DNA of 36,752 bases, taken from positions 1 through 36,752 of the forward strand of contig CAJVPI010000286.1 in assembly GCA_910592345.1 (NCBI GenBank), given 5' to 3'. Below are positions 21,373 to 34,705 of the stretch, in pieces. The first letter of the stretch is position 1. The number at the start of each line of letters is the position of its first letter. The notes beneath the pieces were generated by a model. That model made no database searches. It saw nothing but the letters and a program-made list of their open reading frames with translations, and was not told the origin of the DNA. Origin of the DNA: Paraglomus brasilianum. Its lineage: Eukaryota. The position numbers and the translations under genes are program-made.

Positions 21373-24300
21373 TTAATAAAATGACCGAGGTCTATTTGAA
21401 GAGTCTGATTGTCTATCGGCTGGCTGGGGAGGGTAATACGGCTGAGAATATAAATCCAGTACAGCTAGATTAAAATTTTCATCTTGTGTTAGTAATATTA
21501 TTTAAAAAATCAAGACAATGTTATAATTATATCATCGCCCTACCTCGGACACATATCGGTCCTCCGCCGTATATTCGATAAAAATAACGCCAAACACGCT
21601 CGTTTACTCCTCGATAATGAACGCCTAAAGAAGTAAAAAAAAAAAACGGATCTAGAAACCATCTTTGCCATATTATTTATAACACGAGATTTCAATATAT
21701 TGTTCCTACTTCTTTGCATATGGGGCTTAGGTGTGCCGTTTGCGTTCAAGAATCTGGTATTATCAATCGGACCAGGTATTGGACCTACGATTAAACACGG
21801 AAAGTTGCAGAGAATGAACTCGGTCAAGGGAATTCATTGTATGTCATATAACCAGTGAAATCACAAATGTGATTTGAAATACCACATTCCTTTTAATACC
21901 ACACAAAACGTGTATTCATGAGATCAAACTATATCGAAATCATGGGATACACTTCGTAATGCTTACCTCCTGCTTTAAATGCATGCCAAGAAGCTAACCA
22001 AGTCGAACTTATTAAAAACCAATATTCCCCCGGTCCAATTTCATTTGTATCGATAGACGCAATGTCCATTTGTTCACGTTTGCGCCGCTCATCGATTAAC
22101 CTCGCCTCTTGCTAAAATAACTACAGCATTACATACCAGTCGCGATATCTTATTAAACGCTGTAGAATGCCTAAATTTACTTACCTCACATACCGGACAC
22201 CCAGACTGTAGGTCTGCCTCAGTAATTGATGGACTATCATCATGACCGTAATACATTACAAATCTGTTGTACACTTTCTCTGGTATTCGCACTACCAAGT
22301 TAAGAGGTTTTGGGTACTTCAACAAATTGATAGCTGTAGCAAATACTGTAAGTTAATAATTTGTTTCCTCATAATTTAGTCATTTTTTTATAACTGAATT
22401 TGTTACCTCCATGTGCACATATAAAGTCGTAGTTGGTTATAGGTCCAGGCTATCGCAGAAAAGACCTTTTAGCAATACTCTCATTTTGACAAGATAAAAT
22501 AACGTGTTTGTCTACATACAGCTTCTAAAAATCGCCACCTATTAAACCAAAGCCGTGAGATGAGACGTGATTGACCATAGCCGCTCTATAAAATGGTTTC
22601 CATTTTACAACTACTGCCATAAAGAGAACACCACATATATGATGAGCCTCTACCTCTTTTTCTATTTGCGTAAGTATCTCATCTCTTTCTGCTTGCTTCT
22701 CTAGACTCTTTTTTTGATAGAACAGTACATATGCCTCTACTTTTGCTACCTCAGCAGGCGTCTTCCTGGTTACAAACTGACATAAAGTCAATAAGCAATA
22801 CATTGTGGTCTTGAATCATCTACTCAGTTATACTTACAGTATCATCAAATTCATACCAATTCTTGTCAATGGGATTCTTGGCATATGTAACGTAATGACC
22901 AGCTAAGCATGCACGGGATCAATTAATATTACGAACACTATATCAAGCCTGTTTCAAATAATCTCGACTCACCTCCAAATGCCCCTTTATGATGTATAAG
23001 TGCATATAAGTCATAAATTGTAGAGGCTGTACTTTTCTCGTTTTTTTCCTCATGATCTGCTGGTTCTTTACAAAAAGGTCTCATGTCAAAGTCTTCCATA
23101 GGAAATTGTACATAAGTTCCAATTTTTGAGAAATATTGGTCACGACGAAATCTCTTTAGCATTATGCAAAGTGTCTGCCACAGAGAAGAATCATAAAAAT
23201 AGGGTAAAAAACATCAATTATAACGCTAGACGCCCAAGATTCAAACTTCGAGTTCTGCCTGAAAGCTGAATCTCACGATTGATCCTTACTTCTGGCAATG
23301 TTTTTATCCTCAATGTCTTCTGACCGTCTCTTTTCTTACCACAGCTCTCACATTCATACTGATTGTCTCCCATCAGCGTCTCAGTAGCAGTAAAGGCGCT
23401 CAGACAGTCTTGTAGCCTAAGTATTTTTCCTCCTATCCTAAAAACGGACCCCACATGCTAATAAGCGACCCACTAGTTAATGTAAGAACGGCTTATCACA
23501 TTTTCCATGCATACCCCACAAGTCCGGTTACAGCACCAAACATTGATCCAATCGCGGATGATGACTCTCCATTCCTTTCTTGGTTCTTTGATTTGAATTT
23601 CTTGTCTATCTCAATAAGCAACTCACACACCCGATCTTCCTTCTCAAAGTCCTTTAAGTTTCAAAGCAAACAGTTCAACTCAGTTACAAAGTTGCAGAAT
23701 TAAAGTATGGCTCCATAGGTCTCTTCTCGTTCCCAAATTGCAAATCTTACTTTTTTACAATGCAAACATCTTATTTTACTTTCCAAGGTACCCTCAAAAA
23801 CGTCACTTATAATACTCCGTTTTGTTGCCCCTTGTTTTGAACTATGATTACCATCTGATATGGTATGCGAGAGTGAGCCGTTCCCATGACTTTTACGCCC
23901 GTTCTCTATCGCGTAACCGGCAGAGAATGTACTTATGGAAGAGGGGGGATAAGGAAGCTCTTCATGAAGGCGGTCCAGAATAAAGCAGAGGAATTCTTGA
24001 GAATCCTATAGGCACGTAAAAATAGTAGGGTGAAGAATATGTGGCGACGATAAGTATTATGAGTGCAATGGAGAAACATAACAAACAATTAGGTAATATG
24101 ACATACTTCTTGTCCGTAACCTTGAAATCCTTCAAAAGTTCGTTTTATTTCTGTGACCAACTGTATTGGTATGTATATTGGGCTATAATTGATCCGAATA
24201 CGTTAATCGTCGGGCATAGGTATTGCATAATATATCTATTTCTCAAGTTTCGTATTACTTAAATTTCACATCAAAGACAGCAAACTAACCTTACACCTGA

Positions 24301-25571
24301 CCACATCGCCTTGACAAAATTTAAAAAGTGGTCTGATAGTTTACATATCGACTGCCTTGATGCTGAGTGCGTGCACGGTATATATGCATCGCAGTAATTA
24401 AAGTAATTTATAAGTGCAGGTCTAGGATAGAAAATATTGTAAGCAAAATGTAGTAAATCGCCAAAAGATTAGATTCAATCTAAAATACTCACGTATTGCT
24501 GAGACACTGTAGAGCACTATTCATACTGAAGGAGGGGAAAAATTTCGTAAAAACGATTAGTCCACATAGCGACGGATATGCGTGATTCGTATTGATTGAT
24601 TTATTGTCAGACATGGTATAAGACACCGATGAAAGTGATGACATACTAACAGGTATTTCCCAAGTTCTTCAAGCCTACTAATCCTTCATAGCAATGTTCA
24701 ATGTCACCAAGACTACTCATCAATCATATAAACCATAATGATATTGCGTAAATAAAACTTACCAGGAACATCGACAAATGGTTGCTCTGGGGACTTGTTA
24801 CGTTTTCCTTGCTATATCAAACGTGTAAACATTCCAGTAAGCGACGTTTCGACAACCCATTGTCCCATATCGAAATCTTTCCCAAAAGTCGCAACTCTTT
24901 GTTAACGTATCTACAAGTTTAACAATTCGCCCATTCACTTACCAGACTTCTTATTACGGTTCTCAAATAAGTCCGTACGTCAGGAGAAAGCAATTCAGAC
25001 TTATCGAGCGGGTTTAGCTCTCTTCCGCACTCGTAGCACCAAATCGTCAATGCCCGCGGGTTGATGTAAACAGAATGATATCCATTTTCTGTCGAATCCT
25101 AATTGAATGGACGATTAGCGACGCGAAAAGACAATTTGCAAGAAAGAGACAACATGGTACACGTACCTTATACGTGTCAAAATGCTTAAGTACGTGTGCG
25201 TGCGAGCTGGTATTACATATTATGGCCCGGCAATTACTCTATAAAATTTATGTTAGATTTGGTATGTAAAAATAGCTGTAATGTTCAATTAAGTTTGCCA
25301 AAGTCAGTCTTTCATGTCCGCTTACGTGCAAGCAAATCCATAGTCTCGGCATTTTTGTATCGCACAGATCACAATGAAGCGAGGCACTGGTAAGTTGTTT
25401 CTGACAAGTGAATTCTGTGGTTAGCTATTAAATAGGTTGCCGCTACTATTCAGTCAGTTTTCTGAAACTAAATAGTACCTTGAAGGCTGCTGAGTCTATC
25501 TTTGCTAAAGGTAAATTGACAGTCAAAAGGCTGTTCACATGTTGGCATGGGGTTCGCGCTCTTTGTTCCAT
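21373..25571 (-). CDS. Ubiquitin-specific protease, USP20/USP33-like architecture (zf-UBP + USP catalytic + two DUSP domains), many exons
   Basis: Start MEQRARTPCQHV; zf-UBP LWICLH..HVLKHF..IWCYEC; Cys box GLKNLGNTCYMNSALQCLSN; QDSQEFL; His box HHKGAFGGAGHYVTYAKN..WYEFDD; AYVLFY; two PGPI(T/D)N DUSP motifs and VWRYFYRIYGGGP; stop at 21373-21375. Confidence 0.92.
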
Positions 25572-26371
25572 AGTATAAAAAGTGTTAGAGGAATACTTTC
25601 AAAATTGTTACACTCGCATGTCACCCGTTATTTGTATCACATTCGATGAATAAATAGTCTCACGGTTTTATTGTAACTGGTTTAGGGTATACAGAATAAT
25701 ACAATAGAAATATCCTGTGATTGCTAATAATAATGTTTTTGTGAATACTTCCATATCTATTCACGTACTAAAGAGTTAATTGCATTCAAATCGGTTTGGA
25801 CACAATAGTTATGATTGTGTGTGATGAATTGTGGGGGCGACTATTATTACATCTCATAATATTATCTTTTTATTGTCAAGACACGCGTCAATCAGCTTGA
25901 TCATTATTATTATCCGAAGATGTCCGCAGTAACCAAAAAGTCATGTGATGGAACAAGAGACCAAGAGTAAAGAGACCAAAAATTGTCCAATAATGATTCA
26001 TAAGGAGAACTCACAAATCAATTTCTATTGAATTATGATTGAACAGTTTGAACAGTGAATATTAAGATTAAAAGATATCTTAATTGTAATAGTAAGAGCA
26101 TGTTTGCCATAATTCAAGATAGTTTAAATAGAAAGTTCTACATGAGCTTTGAATGATAAGAAGGCATTAAGATCTCATTATGGTATCAAATACTTTTATC
26201 TCATCAAAATTAATTGTAAAATGAACTGATAAACGTCCCTTCAAACAAAATATGAATCTCGATAGGAACAACCAATTTACTCATAAGCGATGACTAGCTT
26301 AAAGGAGTAGCTATTACATCGATCGAGCTTCGGTTCTTTCCATACTGTGATTATTTATTAGCAGCTAAGTA

Positions 26372-26771
26372 TTACAAAGTATTACGACTTTGATTTGCAC
26401 TTATATATAATACTGACGAAAAAAGAATTAATGAGATGGAGTAATATCATACAAGCTCATAAACAGTACTTTCATTGGAATAGTTACCATTATTGCCACG
26501 AATAAAGGCATCTCCGTACTTATTCTTAAGTTGACCATTGACCCATTCTTCTGTCTGCTCAAGCGCAATGTTCATATACCCATCGAGACACGATAGTATG
26601 CCTACAAACGCAGAGAACGGGTTTACTTCTAGTAATGTCCAGTTATAATCAAATCCATAATCAGCTTCCCTCACCTCGATATTCAACACCCGAGTTCAAC
26701 TTTACAAGAACTCTCCTCCCAATAGCTTCCCCGAGAAAATCTGATGGTGAGCGCTCTTGTAGTTCCTGCAT
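26372..26771 (-). CDS. LSM6: U6 snRNA-associated Sm-like protein LSm6, 3 exons
   Basis: MQELQERSPSDFLGEAIGRRVLVKLNSGVEYRG|ILSCLDGYMNIALEQTEEWVNGQLKNKYGDAFIRGNN|VLYISANQSRNTL*. These are Lsm6-specific rather than SmF residues. Confidence 0.96.
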
Positions 26772-26938
26772 TATATTTATATCCACAGTTTAAAAATCAA
26801 ACACAAGTGGCCAACACAGATGAAACTTAATTGTCGTCAAATTTTCCTAGTCGATCACATCACATGACAATCAGAAATTATTGATTGCATCTATTACTAT
26901 GTAAAAAAAACCATTTCTCCCGAAATTTTCTTATCTGA
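26772..26938. promoter_or_regulatory. Compact bidirectional promoter shared by LSM6 and NAA25
   Basis: Only 167 bp separate the divergent ATGs; a central TCACATCACATGA (26855-26867) is E-box-like. Confidence 0.7.
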
Positions 26939-29900
26939 ATGTCCGCTAATACTGAAGTCAACGAGCGTCGGTATCGACCTATCTACGGTAATTTATCCAT
27001 TGTTCTAAATTGGATATCGTTCTATATATCGTGTTGGTGTTAGGCTTATTAGAAATGCTAATCATTCATATGTAGAGGCCCTCGACGCGGCCAATTACAA
27101 AGGCGCTCTCCAGAGGTGCAGCAAACTCCTTAAAAAACAACCGGACTTACTAGTTGTCAAGGTATTTCCGCTTTCCTTATTTAAAAAAAGTCTTGACCAG
27201 GATACGTGCTATTTTACTAGTCGGTTTCCCCTCCCTATTTTGGTTTAATGCTTTAGGCTTTGAAAGCCTTAGCATTAGAAAAGACTGGGAAGACAGACGA
27301 GGCAATTGAATTATGCGCTCAAATCAAGGCACTGAAACCGGTTGACGAAGCTGTTCTGCAAGCTCTTTCATTGGTGTATCGATCAGCTGACAAACGTGCG
27401 TTGGGGAAGGTGGCAAGAATTGAGTGCTATAATATGAGGATCGAATTATTTATGACAATCTGACAATAATTAGGCATATAATTGAACTGGTCCTTTGTTT
27501 TTGTTTTTGTTTTTTCCATCGGATCTGGGACGATCTGAAATATTCTATTAGAACAAGATGTTGTGGAACTCTACCAGACTGCGTTAAAACAAAAACCGAA
27601 CAGCGAAGAATTCGGATATCATTGGTTTATAGCTTTAGTTAGAATACACGACTACAGAGGGCAGCAACAGGTAACTTTAAGTGTGACCTCACAGTAAACG
27701 CGTTTTCATTATGTTACACGTTCTAATAAATCTACAATTTTTCTATTCCAACCGAAGGCGGCTTTAAAACTCTATAAGACGTTTAAATCAAACAGATACT
27801 ATTTTTGGGCGGCTACTAGTATTCTACTGCAGGTACATCCGCTGTTATGTTATCATTTTAGACCTATTTTTTTTCGTGTAATTCTAGTATAAAGTGTCAA
27901 GTCTTTTATAACGATCTAGACAAATTTTGAATAGGCAGATGAAGCCGAGGCTCAGCAAAAAGATCTCTTACTATCATTGTCAGAGCGAATGATTGCAAAG
28001 GCTATTGAAGAGAAACGATTGACTACTTCTGAAGGTCGATTTTCCCATTTGATCAGACAATTGCTATCACATGCAATCTCGATTATGCACGCCTTCTTAT
28101 GGCTGTTATGATATTTATGTTAAATACTTACTGCCTGTAATAAACAGAATTTTACTTGTATTTGGTCAGTCTCATAAGACAAGACAAGACAAAGGAAGTC
28201 CTCGAAATTCTTGAAGGAGAGCTTGGTCAGAAATTCCAAAATGACATTGAGATTAAATCGATCAAAAATACAGTGTTGAGAAAAGAAAAGGCCTGGGAAA
28301 AGCTTCTATTTATATCAGAGGAGGCTGTGAGTACTGTAAAGTATGTTCTTCTTTTTTCTTAGTCTTACCCTTTTTTTTTGTTGGAACATAATTTGATGAC
28401 TTTAGATGAATCTTTGTTTCTATATCAATAATGAAACAAATCATTTCTTCATTTTATCTTACTTTTAGCAATGACGATTGGTTAAGCTATCTGGCATACA
28501 TTGAAGCTGTTCTCGAAATTTCATCAAATGAAACTGATGATAATGCCACGAGGTTTGTTACTTAGTAAACCTTTTTAGAATCGGCATAACTATTGCGAGC
28601 CCACAGTGTTACGTAAATCTATTTATTAAGTTACTCATTTTAATTGCAACAGTACGATAGAAAAAGCCCGCGAATTCATCTCTAAAATCCAGGAGAAAGA
28701 GCTTTCACGCCTGGAGAGCGAACCGACACGAAAATATTTGCATCGTGGACCTTTTCTTGCAGAACTCAGGCTCGAGAAACAGATTGCATCGATTGAAAAA
28801 TATAGTATGGAAAAAAAAACAGCATGTATTAACCGCTGCGTTTTTGGATAGAGCACAACGATAGGTCTCATAAATTGTCTTTCTTTTTCTTTAGATTCGA
28901 AAGATTTGTCACCATTGATTTTGAAATACTTCTCAAGGTTCTCCTCAAAGGCTTGCTGTTTTGAAGACTTGCAGCCTTATTTAGACGGACTTAGTGCGGA
29001 AGCTGCTGAGAAACTTGTCAGTGACTTTAAAAGTAGTGTTGACGAAAGTAGTCAAGAGACCAAGGTGTGTTAAAACAATTAGTTCCACCTTACAGACGCT
29101 TTCGCCTCTATAATTGTTAATATAATGTTATTCGATTTACCCATAAACCAGGACAAGATTAACAATGTCCAGCGATGGATAAACATTTATAAATTCGAAC
29201 GATATTTGGGATTGCTCTCAACTTTAGATGAAAAGCAGTTGATATCATACGCTAATACGTTGTGGAAAGCATATTGTGACTCATTGCCATTGGGTGGGTG
29301 TATAAGAACCGATGAACTATACTGCAATCACGACAGAATCTATGCATGGTCATTCTACAAATCTACTGGCTAAATCAATTAGGCGAAAACCTGAAAGAGA
29401 CAGAATTGCATTATGGAGATGATTTTGCAGTTCTTGCTACTCATGTTTTAGTTGACTTACACAAAAGGAGTGGTCAGTTATCCTTTTTTTTTTACTTGAT
29501 CTTTTGAAGCGATGTCTCAATTATTTAATCAACAGAAACTTTATTCTGAATTCTTAGGATCAAATATTTACCTTTTCCAAGCAATGATGATTCTTGAAAC
29601 AGCTTTGGAAAATAGTTCTTCCAACTTTCAATTTAGCCTACTGCTGATACGCATATATTTGATGTTGGGTAAGTTGATTTTTTTTCCTTTAGATTTTGAT
29701 GATTCAAAAACTTGAGTTCAATTCGGCATCCTTCTTTGTAGGAATATGCTTTCGACCAATACAACTATTTAAATCATTGGAGGTGAAGCACGTACAATGG
29801 GACACGCTTGGGTAATTAATTAATTTTCGAGTAGTGTAAGCTTTGCTTATAAATTAACAATTATCTCTAAACGTGTCTATTACGCCATAACAGTCACTTT

Positions 29901-31874
29901 GTCCTCAGTCGGGCTACCTCATTAGGCTTTTATGAAGTTGCGCAGTCAATATTATGCGATTCGCTGCATATTTATCAAAGCAATACAGATGAGGTACGAA
30001 ACCATCATAATGATTTACATGATGAATCACTTGTTTGTTGCATCGCAACAGTCGCATCTCAACCCCAACCCCTCCCCCAGCTTACTTGACATTCTGGGTA
30101 GCAAGAGACTTTCATGTTGCGGGGTGCAAAAAGTATATTACTTTCTATGATAGTGTTGTTACTGAGTTGACGATTCATGATAAATTTCTTAGACTCCAGA
30201 CATGATTGTATTCGCATACAAAAATGGGACATATTCAAAGGTATTGTAATCAAATTTTGTTTAGTAATTTTATCGTCATAGTTGCTTATTTATATTAAAT
30301 TCCCATGAAAGGTGGAAGAGTTTATAGAGTTCGAGAAAAGATTGATGAAATCTATTCAACACGCCATTATCGACCGTGAGCTAATGCGAATTGAGCTGTT
30401 TGACGTGTCCAATTCTCTTGCACAAATCAATGGCTATCTGGACGAGTTTGAAGACGAGGATAACTTGGGTAATGAAACAAATGATGTTTATTATAGATGG
30501 TTCAAACTATATCGGTAGTACATTACTCAATTTCTGACATTGTCGCAGATGACCGCATCAATGACAAATGTGACAACAGAGATTTTGATGTCATGTCGAA
30601 TTTCAACCCCAAAGGCACACCATCGGTTGAAGAAAGCACCCGATTCGCTCCCAAGCATGATGTAAAATGTCTTAAACAGTTTATTATCTTAGCCATGCGG
30701 TTGACTAAAACAGATCAGACGATAACAATGTGGTATTGAATACTAGGTGACATGGCTGAGAACTTTTGAGATCATCCCACGACTACTGAAATGTATTTGT
30801 TCTGGAGCTTCAGTCGATAAAGTTCGGAAGCATATCGAGATGCTTGTGGCATGCTGTAAAGAGACGAGTGTAAGTATTATTGAGAGACTTCAAATATTTT
30901 GGAAGACGCTGATCTTGTAAACGTTCTGTTTCTCAGTTGACCAAGGAAGAAATTTCTATTGCCACAATCCTTGCAAATTTGGGAGAAATATACTGCTTAT
31001 TGAGAGATGAGGAAGCTGGAATTGAAGGTGAGGTAATGCTTGTTGAATAAATTTCGGATTATATATTTATTCTCGATCATTGCTTTGCAGATGTTAAGAA
31101 GAACTTGGATGACTGTATCGCTAAACTAATACAGCGTTTAGAAGGTATGTCGCCAGAACATCGAGATATTAACAATTGTCTCTTTCTTAGATAGTAACTT
31201 ATGTTCTTTACAGATGTTGTACCTACCAGACTGCTTGATGATGCGATAGAAAGTTTGTCATGGAAACATATCTCACAACTGTCTTGTTTCGCTGAGGTAT
31301 AGATATTGTACGGATATTTACTTTATGTTTCTAGCTATATTCAAACATGTTTTTGAGAACAGGTAGTGAATTACTTGGTGATTACATTGTCAAGCTTTAA
31401 AGCTTTGACACTATCTGGGGGCAAAAAATCTAAAATTCGACAACTGGTATGTAACTTATTGATTTGTCGTCAACATTCCTATCACCACTTGCACTCGTAG
31501 AATAACTTGACTTTATTCCAATAGTATCCGGTCATCCAATCACTTATTGAATCCGTGAAATCGAAATTTTTCGAGCGTCAGGATCTGTTCGATGCTCTTG
31601 AAAAACGGTTGATTCCAGAAGATATTGTCGAGGAGATTTACCCTCTGCTTTCGTCTCAAGACAGTATCGAATTTTGTCGGCTTGAGGTAAGAAGAGTGAC
31701 TTCTGTGTCAAGGTATTTATTCAATTAAAATGATTCAATCTTACATCTGTTATACTTGCCTGCTAGTCGAATTCCGAGTTTGTGAAGGATAAGATGACGG
31801 TTGTCGCAGTGAGCTGGGGAGTAAGTGTACTCAACATTAAGAAAATGGTAGAAAAAGCGTGCGCACGCTTATGA
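26939..31874 (+). CDS. NAA25: NatB N-acetyltransferase auxiliary subunit (Naa25/Mdm20), more than 20 short exons
   Basis: MSANTEVNERRYRPIYEALDAANYKGALQRCSKLLKKQP; ALKALAL; QQQAALKLYK..RYYFWA; RGPFLAEL; YFSRFSSKACCFEDL; LEVKHVQWDTLGH; TPDMIVFAYKNGTYSKVEEFIEFEKRL; DNRD. Last exon ends KACARL*. Confidence 0.93.
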
Positions 31875-32088
31875 TCTAAATAAATGACCGGAATCTATTT
31901 TTTTTAAATTATTTAAATTTAAATAAAATGTGGATATTAATATATCGTTACAGTATTATTATTGGCTGATCAGCTAGATCATCGATAATCATGTGATTCA
32001 CGGCAAACATTTTCAAACAAAATCTTTATTATTATGGGAACGTTACTTTTTGAAAACCCAAACATGCAAACGCAACATAGACTCAAAC

Positions 32089-33743
32089 ATGCAGGATTTT
32101 ATGGAATACTGTCTCCGTCAATATTTCAAAACAATTGGATGGAACGAGGACAATAGATACTCAAATTTGTGTGCAGCTTCAAGAGGTAATCAGTTTATTG
32201 CTAGAGTGTGATAATGTCGTTGTCATGCAAAAACTAGTCCTTTCCTGCTTTACTGCTTGTATATAAAATTTATGTGTATCCCAATTATACTTGATTCTTT
32301 CCTTACTTATAAAGATTGTGTATCTGAAACATACTATACACAATGCATACATAATTGCTAGCGATACTCGATTTCAAAATACCACATGGCTTACATTTCA
32401 CAATATCAAAAATACCGACGCCACTCTTTAAAACCTCATATTCGATGAATGCTCTGCCTGTACTCAATGGATACATTGGCTATCTTTTTACTTCTCAGCC
32501 ATTAATACTTGAACCAAGTGCAAAAGTGAGATTTGGAGAATTAGTGGATCGATTTTATATCAATCATCAACCAATCACGCATCCGCAAGAAGTGGACGAT
32601 GTTAAGAAACCATACGTGTCCAAAGGTTTGTTCACTTATTTAGTAAACCGTCCAAGAGCGTCTTGTAGTCGAGAGCAAAGTATGCGACATGTAATTTAGA
32701 TTATATTTTGTACAGCCGATTACACATTCCAACCACTCGATTAGAAATCCTTTACTCAAAAAGGTTATCCCCCTGGTCACAATTCGTATTTACGGGAATT
32801 AACGAGCATACACGAAGAGGGGCCCCACATGTAATGCTTTGTTACAATTCTTTTTTCTTGTAGTTTTTCCAACCCGTGATTTACGTATCTCACACAAGAT
32901 ATCAAATAGGTAACTGCTGAGATACAGTATGATGCAGGGAAATGGTGCACAGAAGCCTTTTATTCTACCAACCGTTCTCTTATCGGTTTACGTGGACTCT
33001 ACCATCTGGCAGATGACGGTGCATCAGTCGCGAAAGACGCTCAATCCGATAATGGAAGTGTCACAGATAACGCTTCTACACCCAAGAACAAATCGCAAAA
33101 ACAATCTCCAAGTAGATTGGCAGAATTCCATAATCACTCATCAGACGAGTCGGAAGAATTTGACAACGACATGGTAGAAGGATTAAAAGGGCAATGGACT
33201 GTTGGAACAGAAATATACTATGGAGCAAGTGAGCGTAGTGGAGGAATATCTACAGGGTTACGCTATCGTACCCTTCCACAACACCCAATGCAATCACCAC
33301 TTACTTTTACTTATCTCTTTAACCCAATTATGGGACATATGTCAGCTGCTTTTGCAGCACAAGTTTCTGACACCCTGGCGCTATGCCCCAGATTTGATTT
33401 CAACATGTTCAGCTATGAGAGCGATTTGATGATTGGATGTGAATGGTGGCAACGAACAAAGAGAGAAATTGAGAACAGCGTGGGAGATGGAAAAGCCAAA
33501 GACGATATGCAAGGTATTGTGAAGGCAACTTTCGGTGTGGCCAAGGTGAGTAGACAGGGGGAAGCTGATTATGCTGTTGAGATTAGGGAGATTTGCTTAT
33601 TCTTATTCGATTCATAGGGGATAAAGTTTCTTTGGGAAGGTCGATATGGGAAATTGTTGTTCAGTTTAGGATTGGTAGCTGATTTACGGTCAAGGTTGTC
33701 TCCTATCCAATCAGTTGGCTTAGAATTGCAATACTTCTCATGA
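32089..33743 (+). CDS. MDM10: Mitochondrial distribution and morphology protein 10 (ERMES/SAM beta-barrel), about 5 exons
   Basis: MQDFMEYCLRQYFKTIGWNEDNRYSNL; ILDFKIPHGL; GYIGYLFTS; QYDAGKWCTEAFYST; GTEIYYG..SGGISTGLRY; NPIMGH; RFDFNMFSYESDL; LWEGRY..GLELQYFS*. Confidence 0.95.
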
Positions 33744-34234
33744 AAAGCTAGTTGGCTGAAAAATATCGTGTTTATGTATTTGTTGATTAAAATAAACATT
33801 TGCAAATAGTCCCAACATACACTAGACTAGTACTTATGAGAAAATAATATAGAACGGATAGACCAACAAAAGAAAAGAAAAGAAAAGATATTAATCATAA
33901 TTATTCATTGAAATCTATAACAATTTGAGGAAGAAGATGCTCTGATTCTCAATACTGTGAAGGTGTTATTTGGCAGATTGATCTTAACTCTACTATTTAT
34001 TATTATTGCATTCTTTAGCTTATTCGTTCAGTGACAGTTAAAGACTAGTATATAGTAGCAATGTCAACCACGACAAAGTTGGTCATATCTGTGTAACATC
34101 AAAAGAGGGTAGGAAAGGTTTTCTACGGAACTCTTTGGAACTCTCCTAAAACCAGGTCCTGCCACAATAAAAAAAAAGAGGCTATTGCCTGTACAATCAT
34201 TATCACATCTCGAGCATCCTTTGAACTGACCAAA

Positions 34235-34705
34235 ATGAAAGACTGTGACGGGAAGGATCGTGAAGAATGCTCTGAAGAAGGTTGTGGCTGTACGGAGTTC
34301 GATCCAGTTGACAGTGGTAAGATGGTTTGTTTGTGCAGCCATCGTGCTGCTAAACATAACAAAGTCGCTGCAGGTAACGATGTTGTAATTGCTAATAACA
34401 ACTGCCACTTTATCATTTCCTTTACTTATTTCCTGTGATATATAATGTTTTCCTTATAGTAAGACGTCTTCTGTTTAAATAGAGATTCCTTTTTCTGCAA
34501 TAAAAGTTTGATATACTTAATCGTTTCTTTTATATAATCTATTTTCTAGCTGCAAAGCCATTCTTCGGTCGTATTGCAAAACCAACTCAAGGAGGCGATG
34601 GAAGGTATGCAAACGGTTAATATTAATTTATCATATTGTCCGGAATCTTACCGTTTATGTAATTTCAATCATAGTACTGGCCCTGTACAAACTCCAACCA
34701 AGTGA
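34235..34705 (+). CDS. Small (74 aa) Cys/His-rich putative zinc-binding protein; exons 34235-34373, 34550-34604, 34675-34705
   Basis: MKDCDGKDREECSEEGCGCTEFDPVDSGKMVCLCSHRAAKHNKVAA|AAKPFFGRIAKPTQGGDG|STGPVQTPTK*. Canonical GTAACG/CTAG and GTATGC/ATAG junctions keep frame (225 nt). Confidence 0.6.

Noticed and set aside
26939..33743. MDM20 (NAA25) lying next to MDM10 as a possible mitochondrial-morphology cluster
   Set aside because: The shared name comes from yeast mutant screens. The proteins are unrelated in complex and function, and adjacency alone is not evidence of a cluster.
5243..33743. U12-type (minor) introns, known from this fungal group
   Set aside because: None of the reconstructed donors I checked matches RTATCCTT; occurrences of that word (e.g. 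near 4243, 12466, 34874) are outside modelled splice sites.
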